NCBI GenBank assembly: GCA_003345545.1
Contig: PRDH01000035.1
Span: 28,171-92,170, forward strand
Source of the DNA: Candidatus Thorarchaeota archaeon
GTDB lineage: Archaea; Asgardarchaeota; Thorarchaeia; Thorarchaeales; Thorarchaeaceae
Length of the DNA: 64,000 nucleotides
Reading direction: 5' to 3'
In this document: positions 27,279 to 36,551 of the stretch, in pieces
Numbering within the stretch: position 1 is the stretch's first letter
How the letters are laid out: every line of letters begins with the position of its first letter
Program-made: the position numbers and the translations under genes
The notes under the pieces: model-generated
What the model saw: only the letters and a program-made list of their open reading frames with translations
Databases searched by the model: none
Told to the model about the DNA's origin: nothing

Positions 27279-27406
27279 ATCTGATAGTCTCCTCAAGCTA
27301 TGTGATTTCATGAGTCTATGAGCCTTGGTATCGCTTGTGTATTACTAGCATACGTAGAGCTAGACTTATTTGGTCAGTATCATGGCAGCATGTCAGGGCC
27401 ACAAGT

Positions 27407-27664
27407 ATGCCAAAGTCGTGCACAGTCTGTCGAGAGAAGGCAAAGATTCGCTGTGATAGGTGTCACAACGAGTTTTGTTCAGACCACGCCGTCAAATGCT
27501 CTTCTTGCGGAACCATAACCTGTATCCGCGACCTTAATCGAAAGGCTCTGTGTCCGACATGCGGCAAGCGTATCGGGCTCTGTCCAGAATGCCTCCTGAA
27601 TGGCAAGATTGTAAGAATTGTTAAAGGAAGCAACTATTGCCCGGAATGTGGCTGGAATGGCTAG
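27407..27664 (+). CDS. Cys-rich multi-zinc-finger mini-protein (85 aa, 14 Cys)
   Basis: CTVC, CDRC-x4-CSDH, CSSC-x4-CIRD, CPTC, CPEC, CPEC. Confidence 0.75.
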   Translation: MPKSCTVCREKAKIRCDRCHNEFCSDHAVKCSSCGTITCIRDLNRKALCPTCGKRIGLCPECLLNGKIVRIVKGSNYCPECGWNG

Positions 27665-27909
27665 AGAAAGAACAGCAGCCAGAGAAGACATAGTATCATC
27701 CCGACAATTCCTGCGACCAACCACCCTTTTCTCCCATAGCCCCATACAATCGGTATTGGTCCCAACAATACAACGCCTCTGCTCTCCATCTTTGGCTCCT
27801 CACCCGACTCTGATTTCATCACCGCCAGAACAAGTGCGATAATGACACAGAGAATGCCCAGTATGAGGAGAATCCAACCAAGGGCCTGAATGAACCACAT
27901 CGCCTGCAC
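27661..27909 (-). CDS. DUF131/TIGR00304 family membrane protein
   Basis: GVVLLGPIPIVWG signature between two TMs. Confidence 0.85.
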   Translation of the reverse strand: MQAMWFIQALGWILLILGILCVIIALVLAVMKSESGEEPKMESRGVVLLGPIPIVWGYGRKGWLVAGIVGMILCLLWLLFFL

Positions 27910-27915
27910 TGTGGT

Positions 27916-28479
27916 TCACCGTCTATCCAAGGTATTTCCTGGGAGGTTGAACATCATCCTCTCGTATCCGCCTACATCCTCGCCTTCCATCGCCCATAGA
28001 CTGAGAATGTCTCCATAGATCTCGTATTCGAGGATAGTTTCAATTTCGGTAATCCTTGTCCCCACGGGAAACCTCCATAGGATCTCGAAATCGTAGGGCG
28101 CAGTCTCTTCCTCTACCCAAGTTTCAATCTTATTCGACCCTTTGTGAAGATGCCCAGCGAAATCAATCAAATATACTACTGCAACCACGTCGGTCGTTCC
28201 CTTCAGAAATATGTCACAGTAGTTTACTTTTGACTTGACATCCATTCCATTGATCTCGACTCGCTCTTTGTCCAGAAAGAACTGCAGGTTCCCTGCAAGT
28301 TTCTCTACCTCATCCCCCAGAAGCCTTTCATCACGAAGCACCTTCGAATAGTAACGATCCATGTCAAGGTATTCGAAGCACAGTCGTTCGTGGATTTCTC
28401 CTGCCGATGAAACTGAGTAGAACGAATCTGCATGCACCGGCTCTACCATATCGGAACTATCTTCGTTCAGCCCTACCAC
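27916..28479 (-). CDS. Hypothetical protein
   Basis: Tightly packed between the MBL nuclease and DUF131 genes; start could be 28449. Confidence 0.75.
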   Translation of the reverse strand: MVGLNEDSSDMVEPVHADSFYSVSSAGEIHERLCFEYLDMDRYYSKVLRDERLLGDEVEKLAGNLQFFLDKERVEINGMDVKSKVNYCDIFLKGTTDVVAVVYLIDFAGHLHKGSNKIETWVEEETAPYDFEILWRFPVGTRITEIETILEYEIYGDILSLWAMEGEDVGGYERMMFNLPGNTLDRR

Positions 28480-29484
28480 CTACTCTAGCGCTACCGCATT
28501 GATACCAGAATCTGACAAATGCTTCGAAAACACTCCCGCCCTATCGGTGAATACATACGCCACTCTTGGGTCGACTGACTTGGCAAAATCAAGTAGGCCT
28601 TGGAAGTCTGAATGAGCACTCAATGGGAACCCTCGCTCTGCAAATTTCGCAAGGGTCCAGCCTGAGAGATTAAACGTGTCTGTGTTTTGCTCAAGTCTAT
28701 CAATCGATTTCTTGTCGAGCTGGTGTCTTGCTGTGGCCAAGGTATTGCGAAGTGATGACGTGACCACTACGGCCCCTGACTCCAGGGCTTCAGGCACATT
28801 GACAGACTTCATGGTGTAGTGTTTGAGACTCACGCCATGATTTCCATACACCTTGCAGACCTTGTCAATACTTGTGTTGCCACTTATTACCCTGAATCCT
28901 CCGCTCTGCAAGAGAGCGATTGCTTCCTGTGATTTTCCAAGGGAGTATGCACTGAATACCGGAGTACGCCCCTCAGCTATGGTTTCTGATGCCGCCTGCA
29001 GAATACTATCATACACCTTTCTTCTATCTGGGAAGATCCATGTGGGCTCACCGTAGGTTGCTTCAGTGATGAGGACATCAGCTGCCACGGGTTTCGCTGC
29101 TCTGTGAACGAGACTATCGACATTGTTGAAGTCGCCGGTATAGAGCACTGTGAGTCCATCATTGAACTCTAAGTAGAACATGGCTGAGCCAAGGACATGT
29201 CCTGCATTCAACGGAGTTATGTTGACTCCTATCTGTCCAAACATGTCATCGATATCTAACACCGTCTTTTTGGCTACTGGCTCAGTACCTCTAGCACTCC
29301 ATGTATCAAACGTCGCTTGAGTTGCAATGATGTCATGTGCGAACCTTAGTCCCCCGATATGATCCGAATGCGGATGTGACAGAAGAGTGGTTTCTCCCTT
29401 TATGCCAGTGTCAAATGCCAATCTGACATCCCCATATCGGAGAAAAACCCCTGATCCGATTTTCTTCACATCGAGTGTTGACAT
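28480..29484 (-). CDS. Metallo-beta-lactamase fold (beta-CASP-like) nuclease
   Basis: SHPHSDH, AGHVLGS, YTGD, EATYG, YSLGKSQE, LSAHSDF. Confidence 0.88.
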   Translation of the reverse strand: MSTLDVKKIGSGVFLRYGDVRLAFDTGIKGETTLLSHPHSDHIGGLRFAHDIIATQATFDTWSARGTEPVAKKTVLDIDDMFGQIGVNITPLNAGHVLGSAMFYLEFNDGLTVLYTGDFNNVDSLVHRAAKPVAADVLITEATYGEPTWIFPDRRKVYDSILQAASETIAEGRTPVFSAYSLGKSQEAIALLQSGGFRVISGNTSIDKVCKVYGNHGVSLKHYTMKSVNVPEALESGAVVVTSSLRNTLATARHQLDKKSIDRLEQNTDTFNLSGWTLAKFAERGFPLSAHSDFQGLLDFAKSVDPRVAYVFTDRAGVFSKHLSDSGINAVALE

Positions 29485-29718
29485 GGGACGACCACTTTTG
29501 ATAGAACAGTGCGACACAAAAGGGTTTCCGCCTGTCTTGGCAGATGGCTGTTCTCTGATCAGTGTCATTAGCTGTCTCTTAAGAGACCCACTCATTTGCG
29601 TATGAGCGTCTGATGATTCGATGGAGTAATCATTGTTGTGTCCGGTATTGCAGGTGTTGCTGTTGTCCTCAGTGTTGTTTCGAGAAGAAGGCATTGACAC
29701 AATGGAAAACGAACTCTC

Positions 29719-30612
29719 CTACAGGTGTTTTCTCAGTAATGTTAGTGCCTGTTTCTTCGGAGATGCGCCTAGTCGATCAGCTAGTGACCCTACAAGACTA
29801 GCCAGCTCACCACTAATGAGCGGAAGATGAACCTTCATCGTCTGTTCTCTGCATAATTCAGAAACAATGCAGTCCACCGCAGATGATTCGGAACAATCAG
29901 GCCCAACCACTATCAGCCCTACAGCAGCTGTATCATTGAGCCTCTCGATACTAGTGGCAATCCTTGCTGTTCCATTGACCGAATAGGTCTTGAGCGTCCT
30001 TCTACTGCATGCAAAATCAAAGGCATTCCATACAAGAGAATTAGACTGCCCTATCGCTTCTCTCTGTGCCCAGATCAACTGCTTTGTTCCCTCCATGTTC
30101 GGCTCTTTGTCCCACTTCGCCTCATTTGGCTGAATCACGTTGCTTTCGCCGCACTCGAGAACATAACTCCGCATTGCCCCAATGGGCTCAAAATTCATGC
30201 TTGCTAGAGTTCTCATTGTCCATGAGTCTAGCGCTAGACTCACTGGAAAGCCTATTCCTGTCCGTTGTGGCCCGTCTGCCACGAGGGCATCGACATCCCG
30301 TATGGCAACGGTTCTCAAGAAGGGAAGAGAGGTTTTGATAATGTGAAATGCACTGGTTTTTCTGAATTTCTTCAGCACTGCCGCTGAACTCAGAACCATT
30401 CCCAAGCGATTCCTGTCTCGATATATTGCGGTTCCACCAATAACCTCATCATTAATGCTTGAAACGAATGCAATCGTATCAGGAAGTCCAAGGTAGCTCA
30501 CAGCAAGGCTCCGATTTGCATAGCCGTGTTCGGTAGTTTGATTGACAAGGTCTAGCCATGTGTCAGTTTCATCTCTGCGAAGCCGTCTGTTGAACATGAC
30601 TGGTGCGCTCAT
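29719..30612 (-). CDS. Hypothetical protein, possible GNAT-like fold
   Basis: FNRRLRRDE..AFVSSINDEVIGG..AVLKKFRK..MNFEPIG resembles the GNAT layout; motif A is degenerate. Confidence 0.6.
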   Translation of the reverse strand: MSAPVMFNRRLRRDETDTWLDLVNQTTEHGYANRSLAVSYLGLPDTIAFVSSINDEVIGGTAIYRDRNRLGMVLSSAAVLKKFRKTSAFHIIKTSLPFLRTVAIRDVDALVADGPQRTGIGFPVSLALDSWTMRTLASMNFEPIGAMRSYVLECGESNVIQPNEAKWDKEPNMEGTKQLIWAQREAIGQSNSLVWNAFDFACSRRTLKTYSVNGTARIATSIERLNDTAAVGLIVVGPDCSESSAVDCIVSELCREQTMKVHLPLISGELASLVGSLADRLGASPKKQALTLLRKHL

Positions 30613-30838
30613 TGGCTGCTCCTCTTCTCTTACTGCTCATACGTCTAAAGTATGGGTTATTCCATCTCGGACTTACTTCACGACGACTGTTCTGTCCGGT
30701 TTGAAAGGCGTATTGGCTGTAAGTTCGGTCATGCTCAACTATAGGCTCTTCCACTTAAGTCATACTCCAACCGAACATCTTATCTTGTTGTTTTTGTAGA
30801 AGGGTTTATTCATCTCTAATACGAAGAGGGAGGGCCCT

Positions 30839-31828
30839 ATGCAATCACTAGTATTGACCTCAGACGGTTTGCAGATTGCTGACACGCCAATTCCTGCCCT
30901 CATGCCTGGCGATGTGAGAATAGAAGTTCGCTCCGTGGGCATTTGCGAAACTGATTTGGCAATCTGGAAGGGTGATTATGAAACGAGTCTCCCGGTTATC
31001 CTTGGACATGAGATTGCAGGAGTTGTTCACGAGAGTTCTTCTCCTGACTTTGAAGCAGGGACTCCTGTGACAACTGAGATTGACATCCCTTGCGGCAGAT
31101 GTTGGTTCTGCAGGAGTGGGCACAGACACCTATGTGCATCCAAGGAGGTAATCGGCCTCACATGCGATGGAGGGCTCTCTGAATATCTCTGTGTGCCCGT
31201 TGACTTGCTGCATGTATTGCCGGGAGAGGTGGACGCCACATCAGCTACATTTGTTGAGCCCTTGGCCTCTGCGATTGCCACGGAGCGACAGGCACATGCA
31301 GAGGTGAATGAACCTGTAGTCATATTCGGAAGCGGAAAGCTTGCTCTCCTACTTGCACAGGTCTACGATATATGCGGCGCTGATGTCCATATTGTCGGCC
31401 ATAATCGATGGCAGTTAGGCCTAGCGAAACAACTTGGCCTTCGGAATACGCATGATACTGATTCCGGGAATTGGCGCAATGATATTCTCAAAGCAACAAA
31501 TGGAATCGGGCCGAGAATAGCAATCGAGGCGACAGGCAATACTGATGGCATCAATATGGCGCTGGGCATTGTGAGAAATGGCGGCATTGTAGCCTTGAAG
31601 AGCATGCATGGATGTGAGTATCCAATCAACCCATCTGACATTGTCAACAGAGAGCTGACAGTCTTTGGGACCAGCCGAGGGCCGTTCGAGAAAGCAATCG
31701 AATACCTCGCACAGGGTCGTATCGAGGTCAAGCGCCTTGTTTCAAAAGAGTTCAAACTTGAGGATGGCAACAAGGCATTTGAGTTCGCATCTCAACCATC
31801 TGTGACGAAGGTAGTCATCAACCTCTGA
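30839..31828 (+). CDS. Zinc-dependent alcohol dehydrogenase (MDR family)
   Basis: GICETD, GHE, CGRCWFC..C, VEPLA, GSGKLA. Confidence 0.92.
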   Translation: MQSLVLTSDGLQIADTPIPALMPGDVRIEVRSVGICETDLAIWKGDYETSLPVILGHEIAGVVHESSSPDFEAGTPVTTEIDIPCGRCWFCRSGHRHLCASKEVIGLTCDGGLSEYLCVPVDLLHVLPGEVDATSATFVEPLASAIATERQAHAEVNEPVVIFGSGKLALLLAQVYDICGADVHIVGHNRWQLGLAKQLGLRNTHDTDSGNWRNDILKATNGIGPRIAIEATGNTDGINMALGIVRNGGIVALKSMHGCEYPINPSDIVNRELTVFGTSRGPFEKAIEYLAQGRIEVKRLVSKEFKLEDGNKAFEFASQPSVTKVVINL

Positions 31829-31839
31829 GGATATCAGTC

Positions 31840-33117
31840 ATGCCTCTCTTTGATGCGGATCTCCATATACACTCTCTTCACTCCATCGGCGTAAGCAACG
31901 CTATGACTGTTCCTCGAATCGCCCAAGGAGCGAAGGAGAAGGGGCTTCATCTGCTGGGAACGGGGGACGCAACGCAGCCTCAGTGGTTGAAGCATCTTCG
32001 AACTCACCTGAAGCAAGAGGGTGATGTCTACACGTTTGATGCCATTGCGTTTGTTCCTACAGTTGAGATTGAGGATTTCGAGTCAATCCATCATGTGGTC
32101 ATTCTGCCCAACTTCGATGCAGTAGAGAATCTACGAATAGCGACTAAGCCACATTCGCCCAATCTCAACACTGAATGGGGAGGGAGACCCCGAGTGAATC
32201 TGGGCGGTGCTGAACTAGCTGGGCTCGTACGAGACGCTGAGGGAATGATAGGACCTGCTCATGCCTTCACGCCTTTCAAGTCCATATTTCGGGAGAGTAG
32301 GCACTCGACTCTACAGACCTGCTATGGTGACGAAGCAAGCAACATACACTTCATTGAGTTAGGTCTCTCTGCTGACTCTGAGATTGCTGATTGCATCCCT
32401 GAACTGCGGGGTCTCACATATTTGACCTCGAGCGATGCGCACTCTCCGGGTCCTGATAAGTTGGGAAGAGAGTTCACACGATTCGAGATGGAGTCATGTT
32501 CATTCGAAGAACTTCGATATGCGATAAGACGTGAAAGAGGCCGAAAGGCTGTTCTGAATGTTGGCTTAAATCCGCGTCTTGGCAAGTATTACTTGTCGTT
32601 CTGTTCCAAGTGCCGCCGAACACTTGTGATTAATGAGGGCGATGGAGCCCCCAAGTTCGACGATCTCAATATCTATGTTAATTGTGCCGACAATGCAGAG
32701 AAGGATAGAATCCTTCATGATATTCATCTGCGAAAGGTGCGCTGTCCAGCTGATGGCAGACCTCTTCGATTGGGAGTGCGAGACCGTGCCCTAGAAATTG
32801 GTGAGGGAGTTTCGAAATCTCCCGATCACCGTCCTCGCTATCTCCATATCGCTCCGTTGCTCGATATTATAGCATACGCCCTTGAAATCAAGTCCTCCTC
32901 CTCAAGAGCCGCAGGCACGTTATACTACAAGATGAGAACGAGTTTTGGATCCGAAACCTCTGTTCTCACAAATACTCCTATAGAAAGTCTACGAGAAGTC
33001 AGTGACAGAGTTGCACAGATGATACAAGCATACCGCGATGGCACTGCCTGTTATATGGCCGGAGGCGGTGGTCGATATGGCAGACTCATCCCTCCATGGG
33101 AGTGTGAAGCTGAATGA
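31840..33117 (+). CDS. Endonuclease Q family PHP-domain protein
   Basis: ADLHIHS, GTGD, PAHAFTP, ELGLSAD, SDAHS, LGRE, LGKY, CSKC, GVRDR, GGGGRYG. Confidence 0.88.
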   Translation: MPLFDADLHIHSLHSIGVSNAMTVPRIAQGAKEKGLHLLGTGDATQPQWLKHLRTHLKQEGDVYTFDAIAFVPTVEIEDFESIHHVVILPNFDAVENLRIATKPHSPNLNTEWGGRPRVNLGGAELAGLVRDAEGMIGPAHAFTPFKSIFRESRHSTLQTCYGDEASNIHFIELGLSADSEIADCIPELRGLTYLTSSDAHSPGPDKLGREFTRFEMESCSFEELRYAIRRERGRKAVLNVGLNPRLGKYYLSFCSKCRRTLVINEGDGAPKFDDLNIYVNCADNAEKDRILHDIHLRKVRCPADGRPLRLGVRDRALEIGEGVSKSPDHRPRYLHIAPLLDIIAYALEIKSSSSRAAGTLYYKMRTSFGSETSVLTNTPIESLREVSDRVAQMIQAYRDGTACYMAGGGGRYGRLIPPWECEAE

Positions 33118-33422
33118 CGGTCATCAAAGGTGTGATACGTGAAATCGGACGTAGTCATACGACTCGTGTAAGTTCTCAGCAATGGTACGGTTCGACTGAT
33201 ATTGTGGTCCAGGATGAGTCTACAGGGAAGACCTATACCGTACGCATTTCAGCAAGCGTAATGGACAAGCATCGATTTCTTCCCCGAGTGGGCATGAAGG
33301 TAGTGGTTCACGGCTATGTGGAAAAAGCAGAATTTGGTCTGTCCGACTTTATGGTCACAAGGGTCACAGACATCCACCACGAGGGCGCTGGAATCAAGAG
33401 AATCTACAAACTGGATGAGTAG
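33114..33422 (+). CDS. Small OB-fold-like protein, translationally coupled to EndoQ
   Basis: ATGA overlap; IKGVIREI..IVVQDESTG..TVRI..RVGMKVVVHGYV strand pattern. Confidence 0.7.
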   Translation: MTVIKGVIREIGRSHTTRVSSQQWYGSTDIVVQDESTGKTYTVRISASVMDKHRFLPRVGMKVVVHGYVEKAEFGLSDFMVTRVTDIHHEGAGIKRIYKLDE

Positions 33423-33425
33423 CTG

Positions 33426-33725
33426 TCATCTCTTGTTTCTGATTAGAAATGAAGGAGCAAGAATCCATTCCGATTTGCATCTTGGGCATTTGGTCGGCGC
33501 TTTTGCCGAGCCCTTTACCTTGAATACGTATTGACACTTGCCACAGCTTGCTGGCTTGACAAGGACTTCCTTGCCCTGATTCTTTACTGAACGTGCGATA
33601 TGATCGATGTCATCATAGACAATTGATCTCTTTTCCAGATCCAATATGTCGCGGATTTCCTGAGCAGTCATTGGCTGTTCTGCGGACTCCAGAAGTCTGG
33701 TGATCTCTTCCCTTCTCGTGAGCAT
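33426..33725 (-). CDS. wHTH + zinc-ribbon transcriptional regulator (COG3357-like)
   Basis: MLTRREEI..VYDDIDHIARS..PASCGKCQYVF..PTKCPRCKSEWI. Confidence 0.88.
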   Translation of the reverse strand: MLTRREEITRLLESAEQPMTAQEIRDILDLEKRSIVYDDIDHIARSVKNQGKEVLVKPASCGKCQYVFKVKGSAKAPTKCPRCKSEWILAPSFLIRNKR

Positions 33726-33745
33726 GATATAGAGGGAGTTGCTGT

Positions 33746-33833
33746 TGTACATCAAATACTTTCTTGTTAGTATACCAACGACACTGTACAAGTCATTGTA
33801 CAGGCTGTACAAAACGTAGAGTCATATGTATAC
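33746..33833. promoter_or_regulatory. Putative operator array in a divergent intergenic region
   Basis: CTGTACAA-N4-TTGTACAG (33784-33803); four TGTACA and two GTATAC hexamers in 88 bp. Confidence 0.55.
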
Positions 33834-33861
33834 GGGTAACATACATACTGAGGCAAAATAA

Positions 33862-34590
33862 TTGAAGAGCTACGAAACTGGGCTATCAAGCAAAGTTCTT
33901 GCCTCGGTGTTGGTTGCAGTCATCATCACTACTGGCGTTTTCATTATTGCAGTGAATCTTCCTGGCAATGGTGGTAATAACACAACGACCACGCCGACAA
34001 ATCCCGTTGCAGGACTTGGTTCGAAAGCTGCACTGTACCTCAATTCGATGAGGGATAATGTTGTCTTCTATTGGATGTGTAACTCAACCCTTGTGAACAT
34101 GAATCTCTCAGACTACTATGATGCGGTTCATCCTGGAGCATTTGTCGACGCAGTCTACATGACCGATAATGAAACGGGCGGCGAGATCACCGTCCTATTC
34201 TCGCCATTCTTTGACAACATTGTGGGTAGGGGAGTACTCACTGAAACCGAGTGGAATGCCCTAAGTGGTACAATTATTGATGATGGAATTGGTCAGATGG
34301 AGCAGGCAACTAGTTTCCCAACTGGTTATTATCCACACACTTGGCCCATTGATTTCTATATGACTGCCTACTTCAATGATGATACGTGCTTTACTGTTGG
34401 ATTTACCAGATCTGACGGATTCGTGTACATCGTAAACGGCACGTGGAGCGGCGACTTTGAAGATAGAATTGTTCCACCAGTGCTTTCGTGGGGGACTGGC
34501 TATTGGCTTGATGACAATGGCCATTTCGCTGTACCGCTTCAGAATCTCTACACTGCGATTACAACGACAGTGCCTTATCCGGGCGCATGA
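33862..34590 (+). CDS. N-terminally anchored extracellular protein
   Basis: N-terminal TM, GNGGNNTTTTPT linker, several N-x-S/T sequons. Confidence 0.78.
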   Translation: MKSYETGLSSKVLASVLVAVIITTGVFIIAVNLPGNGGNNTTTTPTNPVAGLGSKAALYLNSMRDNVVFYWMCNSTLVNMNLSDYYDAVHPGAFVDAVYMTDNETGGEITVLFSPFFDNIVGRGVLTETEWNALSGTIIDDGIGQMEQATSFPTGYYPHTWPIDFYMTAYFNDDTCFTVGFTRSDGFVYIVNGTWSGDFEDRIVPPVLSWGTGYWLDDNGHFAVPLQNLYTAITTTVPYPGA

Positions 34591-34591
34591 T

Positions 34592-34622
34592 GATGGGCTT
34601 TTGCGCCCATCTACTTTATTTT
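34592..34622 (+). terminator. Stem-loop + T-rich tail
   Basis: GATGGGC/GCCCATC followed by TACTTTATTTT. Confidence 0.5.
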
Positions 34623-34674
34623 ATGTCGAGTTACATACAGGAGGACAGAACAGATATTTCGTGGTGGTTAGATT

Positions 34675-35121
34675 GTGAGCGCAGAATCTGACAAGGACAT
34701 TGTAGACAAGCTCCTGAAGGGACGAACGATGAGCGTCTACGCCCTTCTTCTCTCTCAAGGACAGATGGGTGTCCGAGACATTCAGAGGGCTCTCGGATTC
34801 TCCAGTCCCAGTCTGGCTCTTCACCATCTCACAAAACTCTCAGAACTTGATCTTGTCAAGAAGGACGAGTCTGGTAACTATTCCATCTCCAAGACTATTC
34901 GTGTGGGCTCTCTCTCTCTGTTCGTCAAGTTAGGAACTAGGCTTGTTCCGAGGTTCTTGTTCCTAGGAACACTGTTCGTAGCCATGCTCATTCTCTACGG
35001 AGTATTCTTCTTCTCGTGGCCACCCAGCGGGAAAGATTTCATGTATATCGCTTTGAGTGTGATTGCCATCCTAGTGCTATTCCACGAGACTAGGCGAATT
35101 TGGCTTCTCAAGCCATTCTAA
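34675..35121 (+). CDS. ArsR-like wHTH regulator with two C-terminal TMs
   Basis: MGVRDIQRALGFSSPSLALHHLTKLSELDLVKKDESGNY plus two hydrophobic helices. Confidence 0.85.
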   Translation: MSAESDKDIVDKLLKGRTMSVYALLLSQGQMGVRDIQRALGFSSPSLALHHLTKLSELDLVKKDESGNYSISKTIRVGSLSLFVKLGTRLVPRFLFLGTLFVAMLILYGVFFFSWPPSGKDFMYIALSVIAILVLFHETRRIWLLKPF

Positions 35122-35217
35122 ACACTCGGCAGCTGTGAGAGATAGATATAGCTCCAAATCCTTAGAAGGATATGTTACAGTTCCCATGTTGATAAAGGCG
35201 CTCTCAGTTGATCTCCA

Positions 35218-36483
35218 ATGCCTCAGACAAAGCTAGTTCCTACATCGGAAGTTCCAATGCAGGCATCCTATGATGAGCGGGTGTGCTCGAGGTGTATGGG
35301 GCACAGAGCGCTTTGTGGTGTCCGACCCTGCCCTTTGCTGATGCGTGCGAAGGCTCTTGCTCAGATTGATGATGCCTTCAAAGGAAACGAACTAGTCGGC
35401 GCTTCACCTCCTTCTCTATTCATAGGTGAAACTGGTTATCCCAAGGTGCTGGCAGGGCCGCTAGTTCCTCCTGTGCGGGTTGATGAGGCTCCACTCATGG
35501 AGCGACCTGATCTGTGGCTCGACAGGACCATTGATGAGATTCTGGCACTCCGATTCAGTCTTGTACGAACGAAGAAACTCATGCCTGTGGATGCTGCAGT
35601 GGATCCTCCTCGAGACCTCGCAGAAACACAGACTCTTGCGCTGTCGGAGACCGCTCTTAATTCTGAGGCAACACTGTTGAAGAAGCCATCCTTCACGACA
35701 GTCTTTTCTGACAGGACTCTGCCCATCGGCCCTTCAGCGCCACTTGATATCTTCAGGCTTGAGGATGAACCTAGAGTGCCAAGGGTAGTAGATAAGGTCA
35801 CATCAGATACAGATCTTAAGGCCGTAGGCGGTGTGATGGACCTCTTCAAGGGTGGCATTCGTCAGGAACATATCACCCGTCTCCTCTCTGTGGGTGTTCT
35901 GGGCCAGAGAAAGATGCGAAAACTGGTTCCGACTAAATGGAGCATCACTGCCATTGATGATACTATAGGACGTCGTCTGCACAGACAAGTGCTGAGATAT
36001 TCCTCGATCAACGACTATTTGGTCAGTATCGACCAAGCCCTTGGGAACACAGTCGCCATGCTCTTCTATCCGGGTGGCTGGCAGTTCGAAGCTATGGAGT
36101 CCTGGCTCGGAGGTCTGAATCCAACAATCATCAACGACTATGAATTTGGAAAAGGGCGAAAGGACTATGCCAAAGATGTCGTCGGAGCCTACTATGCGAC
36201 CCGCTTACCGGCCTTGGAGTATCTCGTTAGGATTCGGAAGCAATCAGGAGTGATTGTCTTTTTGGAAACAGATCCTCAGCAATGGATTCCCCTCGGTGTG
36301 TGGAGATTTCGTGAGATAGCAAAACGGGCACTAGACCGAGGCGTCAAGCGGTTCCAGAGTATGGACGAGGCGACTGCAGAGGTCGGAAAGTACTTGCGCA
36401 ATCCAGTCCAGCGTTGGCTAGCAAAGAGTAGGCTCTACCAAGAGCACAGAAACCAAACGAAACTATCCGATTTCATTGAATGA
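35218..36483 (+). CDS. nreA: Nre family DNA-repair protein with C-terminal PIP box
   Basis: CSRC..LCG..CP, SPPSLFIG..GYPKV..GP, LVPTKWSITA.DD, GAYYA.RL, PLGVW; ends QTKLSDF. Confidence 0.9.
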   Translation: MPQTKLVPTSEVPMQASYDERVCSRCMGHRALCGVRPCPLLMRAKALAQIDDAFKGNELVGASPPSLFIGETGYPKVLAGPLVPPVRVDEAPLMERPDLWLDRTIDEILALRFSLVRTKKLMPVDAAVDPPRDLAETQTLALSETALNSEATLLKKPSFTTVFSDRTLPIGPSAPLDIFRLEDEPRVPRVVDKVTSDTDLKAVGGVMDLFKGGIRQEHITRLLSVGVLGQRKMRKLVPTKWSITAIDDTIGRRLHRQVLRYSSINDYLVSIDQALGNTVAMLFYPGGWQFEAMESWLGGLNPTIINDYEFGKGRKDYAKDVVGAYYATRLPALEYLVRIRKQSGVIVFLETDPQQWIPLGVWRFREIAKRALDRGVKRFQSMDEATAEVGKYLRNPVQRWLAKSRLYQEHRNQTKLSDFIE

Positions 36484-36551
36484 CTGTCTATGGATTTATC
36501 ATGCATTTGTTTTTAATAACGAGATTTCCATATTGATTCGGAGAGTTTCAT

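Noticed and set aside
29485-29700. Asn-rich N-terminal extension on the MBL nuclease
   Set aside because: Probably intergenic sequence read through from an upstream ATG; the fold begins at Met 29484.
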